From contig CBDFJQ010000002.1 in NCBI GenBank assembly GCA_965248575.1, forward strand, positions 1 to 64,000: 64,000 bases of DNA, in the 5' to 3' direction. How positions within the stretch are numbered: the first letter of the stretch is position 1; the number at the start of each line of letters is the position of its first letter. This DNA comes from Planctomycetota bacterium. GTDB lineage: Bacteria > Planctomycetota > B15-G4. The translations under genes and the position numbers were made by a program. Below the pieces are notes generated by a model. It ran no database searches. It saw nothing but the letters and a program-made list of their open reading frames with translations, and was not told the DNA's origin. Shown in pieces: positions 27,330-36,734 of the stretch.

Positions 27330-28328
27330 CTATTGCAGCAGGCTCTTCCAGGCTTCTGCGTCGACGCCGCGGTCGATGCCATAGATGGACACGAGGGCCG
27401 CGTGGGACCAGGTGCGCTCGACACCGCGTGGGCTACCGAGCATGCGAATCAGGAAGGGTGCTGCTTTCATATCCCTGGAGGCTCCCAGCGCCTTCGCCAT
27501 GCCGGCCCGGACCAAGGGGCTGGTCTCGTCCGGCAGCAGGGCCAGGATGCGGTCGGTGGTGAGGCGGTGGGGGTGCATCGCCGCCAGGCTGGCAGCGTGC
27601 AAGCGCACCTTGGGTTCTGCGTCCGTCAGGGCAACGAGCACGGCATCGCGCGCGAGGGGGGCCGTCTCGGCAGTGAGAATGGACGACAGGGCCAGGGCGG
27701 CGTTGGCTCGCACTTCAGCGACGTGGTGATTGACGGTGATGTCGATCAGGGCTTGGAGGGGCGTTTCTGGTGCCCCCAACTTCCAGAGCGCGAGCATGAC
27801 GTTGTTGAGCACATCCACCGGCGCGTCCTGGAGCGCGGGCGTGAGCACTTCCAGGGCTTCGGTGTGGCGGGATTCGATGCCGAGCGGGTTCTCGGGCACG
27901 CGCGAGAAGCCCAGGGCCCATGCGGCCACCAAGGTGCGTTCGTAGGGGCCGTCCTGGAAGGCCTCCACGACCGTGTCGAAGTTGGCGATGACCTTGCGGT
28001 TCACCAGGTGTTCGAGCGGCCGTTCCCGGCCCTGCCGCTGTTCGCGTTGCCAGGAGATCATGAGACGCTCAATGCTGTTGAGCAGGGATGCCGGCTCCTC
28101 GCGCGGCGCGCTGGCGAGATATTCCGACAAGCGGTTGAGCACGTCGATCTCTTCGGCCGCCTCCATGTCGAGCGGTGCTGAAGTGGTCTTGGGCGGGGTG
28201 CTGCAGCCCACGGCCAGGGCCGGGAGGAGGGCCAGCGCCAGTGCCAGTGAAGGGGCCAGCGCCGGGATCGGGGCGTGGAGCAGGGCCCGGAGCCCAGGCG
28301 AGGCGGCCGGCGAGAGGGGCGTCTTCAT
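27330..28328 (-). CDS. HEAT-repeat lipoprotein
   Basis: Lipobox AVGC; HEAT repeats (EVRANAALAL, LTDAEPKVR, PLVRAGMAKALG). Confidence 0.8.
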   Translation of the reverse strand: MKTPLSPAASPGLRALLHAPIPALAPSLALALALLPALAVGCSTPPKTTSAPLDMEAAEEIDVLNRLSEYLASAPREEPASLLNSIERLMISWQREQRQGRERPLEHLVNRKVIANFDTVVEAFQDGPYERTLVAAWALGFSRVPENPLGIESRHTEALEVLTPALQDAPVDVLNNVMLALWKLGAPETPLQALIDITVNHHVAEVRANAALALSSILTAETAPLARDAVLVALTDAEPKVRLHAASLAAMHPHRLTTDRILALLPDETSPLVRAGMAKALGASRDMKAAPFLIRMLGSPRGVERTWSHAALVSIYGIDRGVDAEAWKSLLQ

Positions 28329-28774
28329 GGCGTCTCAGACGGGGCAAGCCCGCTCTCTCTTCCCGAGGCCACCTCGGCCGTGGACTCGAGCAGTTGCCGG
28401 AGATCCTCGGGGAGCATGGCGGGTTTGTTGTTCTTGCCCAGGCAGGCGAGCCGCGTGAAGCCCGTGGTGAGCAGCTCGCCAGCAGGGTTCAGCAAGCGGT
28501 ACTCGAAGCGGACGGTGGTGCGCGAGAGCGCCCCCACCGTGGTGATGAGTTCCAGCTGCTCGTCGTAGCGGGCCGACTTCCTGTACTTCACTCCGACATC
28601 CACCACTGAGAGCAAAAAGCCGCGTTTCTCCACCTCCACGTAGGGCAGGCCTCGGTCGCGCATGTACTCAGTGCGGCCGATGTCGAAGTACGCCAGGTAG
28701 TTGGCGTGGTAGACGACGCCCATGCTGTCCACCTCCCCGTAGCGGGGGCGGATGAAGACCCGAGACTCAGGCAT
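28325..28774 (-). CDS. Acyl-CoA thioesterase (YbgC/FadM hotdog family)
   Basis: Motif RYGEVDSMGVVYHANYL.YF..GRTE. Start set at ATG 28774; the stop overlaps the HEAT gene start (ATGA). Confidence 0.92.
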   Translation of the reverse strand: MPESRVFIRPRYGEVDSMGVVYHANYLAYFDIGRTEYMRDRGLPYVEVEKRGFLLSVVDVGVKYRKSARYDEQLELITTVGALSRTTVRFEYRLLNPAGELLTTGFTRLACLGKNNKPAMLPEDLRQLLESTAEVASGRESGLAPSETP

Positions 28775-28876
28775 GGGCTCTGATTTCCAGTGGGAGGCGA
28801 GGCGAGGGGGCAGCAGTCCGAAGATTCGACAAAAAACGGCGTCGCCGCAAGGCACCTTCATCGGGATGATGTCGGG

Positions 28877-29242
28877 ATGGACGCACGCGCACTTCTCGCC
28901 GCTCTCTGTTCCTGGGCTCTCCCCGGCTTGGGCCACGTAATCCTGGGGCGCTGGAGCAAGGCGCTCTATTTCGGATTGCTCATCATCGGCACCTTCGCAC
29001 TGGGGGTCTGGCTCGGCGATGGGGGGAGCGTTTCGGCTGCCCGCTTTCCGTTCCATATCTACGGCCAGTACGGGGCCGCCCTGCCGGCGCTGCTGGCGAG
29101 CTGGATCGGTGAGGCCCCTGTGGGACACACGGTGGATCGCATGGAGCTGGGTCTGATCATGACCACCGTCGCGGGCATCTTGAACATCATCGTGGTGGTG
29201 GATGCCTACGAGACGGCTCGCGGAGAGGGCAAGGCGGCATGA
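28877..29242 (+). CDS. DUF6677-like small membrane protein
   Basis: SWALPGLGH...KAL and ELG...T.VAG.LN...V.DAY match the pattern I recall for this family. Confidence 0.65.
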   Translation: MDARALLAALCSWALPGLGHVILGRWSKALYFGLLIIGTFALGVWLGDGGSVSAARFPFHIYGQYGAALPALLASWIGEAPVGHTVDRMELGLIMTTVAGILNIIVVVDAYETARGEGKAA

Positions 29243-29454
29243 GCACTCACCTGGCGACGGTCGGCCCCATGAGCTTCGGTGAACACATCGCCTGGTTCTT
29301 CTTCCTGACGCTCGTGTTGTGCCTCGTGTACGACGGGCTCCGCGCGGAGACCGTGCCCGTTGCGGTGGTACGTGGTCTCAAGCGCTGGGTCATGTTTGCG
29401 ACAGGTACGGCGGTACTGGGCGGAGCCTTCCACTTCCTGGTGCGCGCGCTCTAG
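29239..29454 (+). CDS. Small two-TM hypothetical protein
   Basis: 71 aa with two hydrophobic helices; ATGA overlap with the upstream gene. Confidence 0.7.
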   Translation: MSTHLATVGPMSFGEHIAWFFFLTLVLCLVYDGLRAETVPVAVVRGLKRWVMFATGTAVLGGAFHFLVRAL

Positions 29455-30536
29455 GCCCGCACGAATCGCCCTCCCCCCGTACGCAGCACCCGGCCCTCCA
29501 GTTCCAAGGCAATCAGCTGGCTGCGGATGTCGCGGTTTGTGCAGTGCAGCGCCGCGGCCAATTCGTCGGCCGTGAGGGCACGACGGCCCAAGGTCTTGAG
29601 CAAGGGTGAGCGTTCGCTCAGGCCAGCTTGCTCAGTCGTTGCCCGGCGCGGATCGAGGTCGGGAAGCACGCCGAGCATCTCCGGAAGTCGATCGGGGTCG
29701 ATGACCGGTTGGGCTCCGTCGAAGAGCAGGGCATTGCTGCCCACGGACTGGGGTGAGTCCACGGCGCCAGGGACGACCCAGACGTCTCGCCCCAACTCGA
29801 GGGCATAGCGGGCGGTGATCAAGGCTCCGCTGCGCAGCCCCGCTTCGACAATCAGGACCTGGCGGCCCAAGGCGGCGATGACCCGGTTGCGCCTGGGGAA
29901 GGTGGATTGGCTGGGTGGGGTGCCCAGCGGAAACTCGCTGATCAGCGTCCCGTGCTTTGCCACCCGTTCTTGGAGCTCGGAGTTTTCGGGTGGGTAGACC
30001 ACGTCGATGCCGCAACCCAGCACGCCGATCGGCCAGCCGGAGGCGTCGCAAGCTGCCTCCAAGGCACAGCTGTCGACCCCGCGTGCCAGCCCGCTGACCA
30101 CCGCGAAGCCGGCGCGACTGGCTGCCTCGCCGCAGGCGGTGGAGGTCTGGCGCCCCGTGGGCGTTGCGGCCCGGGCCCCCACGATGGACAAGGCTGACTC
30201 GGGCGGGGGCCAACGGCCTCGGACGCAGAGGGCCAAGGGCAGGTCCGGAATGTCCCTCAGCCAGGGCGGGTAGCCTCGATGGGCTCGTCCCACCAATCGG
30301 ATGCCCCGCGCCCGGGCCGCCTGGCGTTCATGGGCCAGGGCTGCCCGATTCCGCCAGGGCTCAAGGCGTTTTCGCCAGCGAACGGGCCATCCGGCGGCTC
30401 GCCAGGTACTGCTGGGCAGGTCGAGCCAGTCGCACTGGCGCCCAAAGGGCCGGGCCAGGGTGCGATAGTCCGCAGCTGTGCCGCCCGCAAGGTGCACTGC
30501 CAGTTCAGAATCGTTTGGTTCGTCCGTATGGGTCAC
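29451..30536 (-). CDS. dprA: DNA-processing protein DprA
   Basis: Motifs YP..L..I.D.P, IVGAR, VVSGLARGVD, GCGID.VYP, FPRRNRVI, VEA...SGALITA and VPG; C-terminal wHTH (LELEG.V). Confidence 0.95.
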   Translation of the reverse strand: MTHTDEPNDSELAVHLAGGTAADYRTLARPFGRQCDWLDLPSSTWRAAGWPVRWRKRLEPWRNRAALAHERQAARARGIRLVGRAHRGYPPWLRDIPDLPLALCVRGRWPPPESALSIVGARAATPTGRQTSTACGEAASRAGFAVVSGLARGVDSCALEAACDASGWPIGVLGCGIDVVYPPENSELQERVAKHGTLISEFPLGTPPSQSTFPRRNRVIAALGRQVLIVEAGLRSGALITARYALELGRDVWVVPGAVDSPQSVGSNALLFDGAQPVIDPDRLPEMLGVLPDLDPRRATTEQAGLSERSPLLKTLGRRALTADELAAALHCTNRDIRSQLIALELEGRVLRTGGGRFVRA

Positions 30537-30729
30537 AACAGTCCAGGACGGGTCTTCCGTCCTGGCGTTTCGCCCTCAGGGGCGGGCCCCTGCGTTGCTG
30601 CCAGGCCGAGGCGCGGTAGCGACCTCATGCGAGGGCCGGTAGCATGCCTTCTCGGTTTCAGCAGGCGTGCCCCGCGCCCGTCGAAGCTCCTCCCCGAAGT
30701 TCCCTGAACCCCGTTCGGCGCAGCCATTC

Positions 30730-33700
30730 ATGGTGTTCTCCCGATCCTGTTCCACGCTCCTGCGCGGCGAGGCGCCTGCCCGGCACCCCCGCTGGACTCG
30801 TGTGCTGTTCAGCGCCTTGCTCGCTCCAGCTCTCGTTCTCAGCCTGGTGGCGAACCTGCCGCAGGCGGTGGTCGCCCAGTCAGATCTCGCTTTGCGGTCC
30901 CTGCCTGGGGGGCGCGGTGAGGTCCTTCTGGGGGAGGGCGGTTTGGTGGGCAACCCGCCCACCGGCATCGTGGGCTCGCTGGGGGCCTCAGCGGCTTGGG
31001 TTGATCTCGATGGCGATGGGTTCGACGACTACGTTTTTGGCGCACCAGATCAACCGGCGAACCCCCTGACGGGCATCGTCAACGACGCGGGGCATCTCTA
31101 CGTGCTGTTCGGCGACAGCTCGCTCGGTGACCTGGGCAGTGATCCCGATCGGGATCTGGTGACCTTGGCTCTGGGCGAGGGGCTCGATCTGCGCGGTCGT
31201 GTGGGGGACTTCGCTGGCACTTGCCTCGCCTCGGCGGGCGATGTGGATGGCGACGGCTTCGAGGATCTCTTGATTGGGGCGCCGGGTTTCGACCAACCGG
31301 GGCGGCCCGGCTCCGGAAGTGCCTATGTGCTCTGGGGCGCTGCCGATTGGCCTGCCCAAGCCGTGGACCTGAGTCTCAACGATCTCATCCTCACGGGCCG
31401 CGCCACGCGCTTCATTGGTGCTCGTGGCCTGAGCAAGGCCGGGACGTCGGTGGGCGGCGGTGTGGACTTGGACGCCGACGGCCGGGACGACCTCCTGATC
31501 GGGGCGCCCTTGGATTCCACGGGCAGCCTGCAGCAGAACGGCACGGTTTCCGTGGTGTACGGCGATGCGTCCTACAAGGGGGCGGGCATGGTGGACCTCG
31601 CCAGCCTCGTCGCGGGGCAGATCACCGTGGTGGAAGGGGAAATGAACTTCCAGCTCCTGGGAACCGCGGTAGCGGGCCTCGGGCGCTTTGACCCGGTGCT
31701 GCCCGGCACGGGCGGTGCCGAGGATCTCGTGGACGGTGACGATGTGGCGCTGGGCGCTCCCGGCACGCTGCTGCGCGGGGGCTTGTTCACCGGTGCGGTC
31801 TACGTGTTGCGCGGGCAGACTTCGGGTCCGCTGGCGGCGTCGCTCGACACAAGCGCCTTCAGCGGCGGGGATTCCGCCGGGCACGTCTATCTTGGCGGAG
31901 ACACCGGGGATCAAGCAGGCAGCTTCGTTTGGTCGGCGGGCGATCTCTACGGCGGGGACGGTTTCGTCGAGCTGGTGATCGGTGCGCCCTTCGATGATGG
32001 ACCTGGGCGACCGGACACTGGCGTCTACACCCTGGTGCCGGGTCGCCTGTCAGGCACGAACCCTGCAGGCTTCAATCTGGGCGACGTGGGAGCCGGGGAC
32101 GGACTCATGGCGGTGCAGATCCTGGGGGCAGCCTCACAGGATGGGACGGCCGGTTTGTCAGCGGCCGGCGTGGGCGACTTCGATGGCGATGGCAGCCCCG
32201 ATCTCGCCCTGGGTTTCCCCGCCTCCTCCCAGTCGATCGGCGGGGTGGTCACCTTCAATGCGGGCTACGCCAGCTACTTGAGCGGCGCCCAGCTGGACCC
32301 GAACAGCGTGCACACCGTGGACATGGACGGGAATCTCACGGGCATCGAACTCTTGCGCGTGCATGCCGAGAGCACCAACGCCCGGGGTGGCAGCTCCCTG
32401 GCTGCGGGGGATGCCAATGGTGACGGCTACTTGGACTTGCTGGTCGGTGCCGCGGGTGCAGCGTCCGACCCCTCTCCGCAGGACCCGACAGGCATGGCGT
32501 TCACGAACACGGGGCGTGGGCATGTGGTGTTCGGGCCCTTGACCGTCATCATCGGCTCTTCGCCCAGCGCCTCCTTCTTCGAAGGACCCAGCGTCTTCAT
32601 CACGCTCTTCGGTTCGGCGGTTGGCGTGAGCGTGGACTTCGATGGTGTTCCTGCCGCGACGCTGGGGGTGACAGGCGACGACCCCATCGTGATCGAAGTG
32701 GCGGTGCCTGCGCCGATGTCTCCGGGCGCTGCGGAGACAGTGGACATTCATCTGAACACCGGCGGGGGTGTCGCGACCCTGGCGAATGCCTTCACCTATC
32801 AGGCGTTCAGCATCGGTTCGGGCCCCACTCCCAACCTGGTGATTCCTGGCGTCGAGATGAACTTCACGGGCACAGCCGTGTCCTCTCCAGGCGACATGCA
32901 GGTCACGGTGGGCGGCCAGCCAGCCACCGTGTCCATGAGTGACCCGGTTGCAGGGACGCTGAGCATCGTGGCCCCGGTTGGTGTCCCCAACCTGGTGCCC
33001 TTGGACATCGAGTTCACCACAAGCAACGGGCAGGCTTCACTGGTCGGTGCGGTGACCTACGACGTGTTCGGCATCGGCTCGATCACACCGTCGAGCGGGC
33101 GCCAGGATGTCGGGATCAACGTGCCCATGGGCACGCCCGGTTTCAGCTACTTCGGCGAACCGGATCTTCCTGTGCAGGTCACGCTCATCACGAGCTCCGG
33201 GCTGGCACCGCTGGACACGACCATCGAATTCGGCAGTGACACGATGGGCTACCAGACCGCAGAGGTGACGGACATCTCTGGGGACACGGTGACGGTCAAT
33301 CTGCCCTACTGGTTGCTCGGCGATGTTTCGGTCCCGGTCGATGTGCGCGTCACGAACTCGGAGGGTCAGCTGTCGGTGACCGACGGCTTCACCTACCTCC
33401 CGAGCGACTTCCTCTCCGACTCGAGCACCGAGAACCCCGGTTTCGGCGACGCTCCCGAGCTGGTTGCCGCGGGCGACTATCGCCCCAACGGCAAGGCGCT
33501 GATCCTGTTGCGCGGTTGGCCTGCTGCAGAAACGGAGTTCGGTGTGGCCGTCATGGGCCTCGACCTCTTCGATCCCTTCGCGCCCTTCTTCGGGGGGCTC
33601 CTGGCTCCCATGCCGAAGCTGGTGTTGATGCTGCCGCTCGGAGGGCTTCCGGACTTTGCCATCCAGTTGAATCACTCCCCGACCCTGGGGCCTGAGGGCT

Positions 33701-33798
33701 TGAAAGTCTGGGCTCAGTTCGTCGTGCAGGAGTCCAACGGGCCCACGACCACCTGGTCGCACAGCAATCTGCTCGAGTTCACCGTCGGACCGGAGTAG
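30730..33798 (+). CDS. Secreted FG-GAP (integrin-alpha-like propeller) plus IPT/TIG domain protein
   Basis: About 7 repeats of GD.DGDG..DL.IGAP; IPT-like segments (LANAFTY, DV.VTN..G.....FTY); signal peptide. Start codon uncertain. Confidence 0.88.
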   Translation: MVFSRSCSTLLRGEAPARHPRWTRVLFSALLAPALVLSLVANLPQAVVAQSDLALRSLPGGRGEVLLGEGGLVGNPPTGIVGSLGASAAWVDLDGDGFDDYVFGAPDQPANPLTGIVNDAGHLYVLFGDSSLGDLGSDPDRDLVTLALGEGLDLRGRVGDFAGTCLASAGDVDGDGFEDLLIGAPGFDQPGRPGSGSAYVLWGAADWPAQAVDLSLNDLILTGRATRFIGARGLSKAGTSVGGGVDLDADGRDDLLIGAPLDSTGSLQQNGTVSVVYGDASYKGAGMVDLASLVAGQITVVEGEMNFQLLGTAVAGLGRFDPVLPGTGGAEDLVDGDDVALGAPGTLLRGGLFTGAVYVLRGQTSGPLAASLDTSAFSGGDSAGHVYLGGDTGDQAGSFVWSAGDLYGGDGFVELVIGAPFDDGPGRPDTGVYTLVPGRLSGTNPAGFNLGDVGAGDGLMAVQILGAASQDGTAGLSAAGVGDFDGDGSPDLALGFPASSQSIGGVVTFNAGYASYLSGAQLDPNSVHTVDMDGNLTGIELLRVHAESTNARGGSSLAAGDANGDGYLDLLVGAAGAASDPSPQDPTGMAFTNTGRGHVVFGPLTVIIGSSPSASFFEGPSVFITLFGSAVGVSVDFDGVPAATLGVTGDDPIVIEVAVPAPMSPGAAETVDIHLNTGGGVATLANAFTYQAFSIGSGPTPNLVIPGVEMNFTGTAVSSPGDMQVTVGGQPATVSMSDPVAGTLSIVAPVGVPNLVPLDIEFTTSNGQASLVGAVTYDVFGIGSITPSSGRQDVGINVPMGTPGFSYFGEPDLPVQVTLITSSGLAPLDTTIEFGSDTMGYQTAEVTDISGDTVTVNLPYWLLGDVSVPVDVRVTNSEGQLSVTDGFTYLPSDFLSDSSTENPGFGDAPELVAAGDYRPNGKALILLRGWPAAETEFGVAVMGLDLFDPFAPFFGGLLAPMPKLVLMLPLGGLPDFAIQLNHSPTLGPEGLKVWAQFVVQESNGPTTTWSHSNLLEFTVGPE

Positions 33799-34745
33799 TG
33801 CGCATGCTCAGGAAGCGTCACTGGATCGTGATCGCGATCTGCCTCGTCATGCTTGGCTGCACGACGGCGCCGGAACGTCCGGCAGGGGTGGGGGAGCACC
33901 GCTGGGCTCACCAGCTCGCAGACGGGCAGGTGCACTTGATCCACTACCTGGACTCGGCCTACGCAGTGCCAGGACGTGCTGGCAGGCGACCACCCGCGGA
34001 CGAGGCCCTCGTGCTGGTCCATGGTTGGGCGGGAAGCTCAGCCTCCTGGCGCAAGCAGTTCCCGGAATTGGCCGAGCTGGCGGAGATCCCGCGCGTCCTC
34101 GCGCTGGACCTGATCGGGCACGGTGAGAGCGATGCGCCGGTCCAGGACTACAGCATGGCCTTCATGGCCGATTCGGTCCTGGCCGCCATGGATCAGGCCG
34201 GGGTCCGGCGAGCCGTGCTGGTGGGCCACAGCAACGGTGTGCCTGTTGTCCTGAAGTTTGCGGAGCGGTATCCGGAGCGCACCGCGGCTCTCGTGGGTGT
34301 CGATGGGGCCATGAAGCCGCTCATGGATCGAGACGTCTTTGATCGCGCCTTCGCTCCCTTCCGGGAGGACAACTGGCGCGACGTCATGGGCGGCATGATC
34401 GCCGGCATGGCGGGCAACGGCCTGTCCCCGGAAGACCGGGCCGCGATCACCGCGATGGCCGTGGCGACGCCTCAGCACACGGTGCTCGCTTCAGCAGAAG
34501 CGGTCGTGGCGGAGGATGCCTACGGCGCCCTCGAGCTCAGCGTTCCCGTGTTGCTTCTGCTCGCAGAGCAACCCACATGGGATGCCAGCTATGAAGCCTG
34601 GGTGCGGGAGGCCTTGCCCCAGGTGATGTACGTCATCTGGAGCGACGTGAGCCACTACCTGCATACGGAGCGGCCTGCCGCATTTGCGCAACTGCTGCAG
34701 TTGTTCCTGAACCGCAACGGATTGTTGGACGCAGCTGGCCCCTGA
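33798..34745 (+). CDS. Alpha/beta hydrolase, probable lipoprotein
   Basis: Motifs LVHGW, DLIGHGES, GHSNG nucleophile elbow and C-terminal SH..H.ERP; lipobox MLGC. Confidence 0.9.
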   Translation: MRMLRKRHWIVIAICLVMLGCTTAPERPAGVGEHRWAHQLADGQVHLIHYLDSAYAVPGRAGRRPPADEALVLVHGWAGSSASWRKQFPELAELAEIPRVLALDLIGHGESDAPVQDYSMAFMADSVLAAMDQAGVRRAVLVGHSNGVPVVLKFAERYPERTAALVGVDGAMKPLMDRDVFDRAFAPFREDNWRDVMGGMIAGMAGNGLSPEDRAAITAMAVATPQHTVLASAEAVVAEDAYGALELSVPVLLLLAEQPTWDASYEAWVREALPQVMYVIWSDVSHYLHTERPAAFAQLLQLFLNRNGLLDAAGP

Positions 34746-34757
34746 CGCCTGCGGGTC

Positions 34758-35426
34758 TCAGACCGCGAGCAGGTCGTCGATGATGTCCTGCAAGGCGCGA
34801 CGCTCGGCGGCGTTGTTGACCCTCAAGCCGTAGAGATAGTGCAGCGCCTCCCGTTCCACGCGGGCCACGGTGACGGCCAGGGTGACAGGTTCGCCCTTAC
34901 CGAGCTCGACCTCCACGCTGAGCAGCGTACCTTCGGCGAACCAGTTGCGGGCAGCGCGCACGACGCGAACGGCGAAACCCGTGGGTGACACATCGACGAT
35001 ACGGCCCGAGGCGGACTCGGACTCACCGCGGATGTTCACCATGAGGTTCACCCTCACCGGCTTCGTGGCCTGGCGCATGCCACGACGGCGTTGGCAAGGA
35101 GCGACTGCGGTGGGTGCCTCCAACACGACCTTGGCTGCGCTCGGACGATCGCTGTAGGCCAGCCAGTCGTGGATGGAGGTCAGGAAGGTGTGCACCTGGC
35201 CCGAATCATCCGTGAAGAAGCCACGCACTGCGGCGCCGTTGCGAACGATACCGACGAAGTCGTCGGGAAGGGTCGAAGAGACCTGCGGACGGCCGTGCGA
35301 GTCGGTGCGCATGAAGGTGCCCGTGCACTGCACGATCTCGCCGTTGACCAGCACCCAAAGTTCCAAGGGGTGGCCGTGATGGCAGGCAGTGTCGAGCGGT
35401 GGGGGCAGGACGTGGGTGGCACCCAT
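34758..35426 (-). CDS. PilZ-domain c-di-GMP effector (YcgR/flagellar-brake-like architecture)
   Basis: QRRRGMR (RxxxR) and DVSPTG (DxSxxG) after an N-terminal beta domain; RBS GAGGAG. Confidence 0.8.
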   Translation of the reverse strand: MGATHVLPPPLDTACHHGHPLELWVLVNGEIVQCTGTFMRTDSHGRPQVSSTLPDDFVGIVRNGAAVRGFFTDDSGQVHTFLTSIHDWLAYSDRPSAAKVVLEAPTAVAPCQRRRGMRQATKPVRVNLMVNIRGESESASGRIVDVSPTGFAVRVVRAARNWFAEGTLLSVEVELGKGEPVTLAVTVARVEREALHYLYGLRVNNAAERRALQDIIDDLLAV

Positions 35427-35607
35427 CGACGGGTCTCCTCGTTTGCAGGGGTGAGGCGGGCTCTCCTTTCTCGACCTCCAGAGGCTTCCAAGTTGAGCCA
35501 GCCCAGCTGCTCGCGGCCGGAATCTGCTTCCAGAGCTGAATCCATCGCCGAGGCGGCCGCTGATTCCCCCACGGGCGGGACGTCGAAGGGGGGATTCGGG
35601 CGATCGG

Positions 35608-35629
35608 AAGGGGGGCCTCAGCCCCCCTT
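35608..35629. terminator. Perfect 9-bp hairpin at the aroB stop
   Basis: AAGGGGGGC-ctca-GCCCCCCTT; only a short T tail. Confidence 0.5.
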
Positions 35630-36734
35630 ACGCCCCCGGATGAACGGCCTGCAGGGCTTCCCGGATGAAGCTCTCTGGCACGTCCGAGTGGACCGCAACT
35701 CGTCCTGGAGCATGCAGGGCCACGAGTGTGTGGGTCCCCGCCGCCCGCTTCTTGTCCCGGGTCAGTTGCTTCAGGACGTCCTGCACAGCGAAGGGCGTAG
35801 CGATGGGCAGCTGCCACTCTTGGAGTTGGGTGCGCAGGCTTCCCTCCAGCGCAGGCAGCGCGGGTGCTGGGCCTGTCGGGTGTGGGTCTGCCAGAAGCGT
35901 CCCCAGCCTGCACGCGCACAGAAGGCCCAGCCCGACCGCCTCACCGTGCTCCAGGAGATGACCGTCATGGATGCCTGGCGATGTTCGCGTGGGGCTGCTC
36001 TGCTCGGCCGCCTGCAGGGACAGGGCTTCGAACGCGTGACCGAAGCTGTGGCCGAGGTTGAGCAGCCGCCTCGAACCCCGGTCGTAGGGGTCCCCTTCCA
36101 CCAGCTTCAGTTTGGCGCTGACCACGTCTGCCATGACTTGCGTGGCGCGCGGAGCAGCCTGTCGAAGCTCGACTTCTGTCAGCTCTCGGGCGACCTCCCA
36201 CAGGGGGCCGCCGACGATCAGGGCGGTCTTCAACAACTCGGCAAATCCGGCACGCAGGCAGCGGTCCGACAAGCTGCGCAGGGCGTCAGGGTCGAGGATC
36301 ACTTGCAGCGGGAGATGAAAACTGCCGACGGTGTTCTTGCCGCCGCCCAGGTTGATGGCTGTCTTGCCGCCTAGCGCAGCGTCCACCTGCCCCACGACCG
36401 AGGTGGGCACCGCAACCCAAGGCATCCCGCGCCGATGAAGTGAGGCGGCGAGGCCGCCCAGGTCGGTCACGACACCGCCGCCCACTGCCACCAACAGGGC
36501 ATCTCGATCCATGCCCGTCTCATCCAGTGCACGGAGCAGCCGCTCCAAGGTGGCCCAGGATTTGCTGCTTTCCCCGGCAGGGATGACGAGGCGGGGGGTG
36601 TCCCCCCATGGGCCCTTGAGCAAGGGCTCGACGTTGCGATCGGTGAGCAGGAAGATCTGCGAACAGACAGGCAAGCCGTGGGGTAGCGCAGCGAGCTGTC
36701 CCGCCCCGAAGCGAACCGTGTCCGCGAGACTCAT
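35628..36734 (-). CDS. aroB: 3-dehydroquinate synthase
   Basis: Motifs PAGE.SK, GGGVVTDLGG, PT....VDA.LGGKT.IN...KN.VG.F, LNLGHSFGHA.E and HGEAV. Confidence 0.95.
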   Translation of the reverse strand: MSLADTVRFGAGQLAALPHGLPVCSQIFLLTDRNVEPLLKGPWGDTPRLVIPAGESSKSWATLERLLRALDETGMDRDALLVAVGGGVVTDLGGLAASLHRRGMPWVAVPTSVVGQVDAALGGKTAINLGGGKNTVGSFHLPLQVILDPDALRSLSDRCLRAGFAELLKTALIVGGPLWEVARELTEVELRQAAPRATQVMADVVSAKLKLVEGDPYDRGSRRLLNLGHSFGHAFEALSLQAAEQSSPTRTSPGIHDGHLLEHGEAVGLGLLCACRLGTLLADPHPTGPAPALPALEGSLRTQLQEWQLPIATPFAVQDVLKQLTRDKKRAAGTHTLVALHAPGRVAVHSDVPESFIREALQAVHPGA

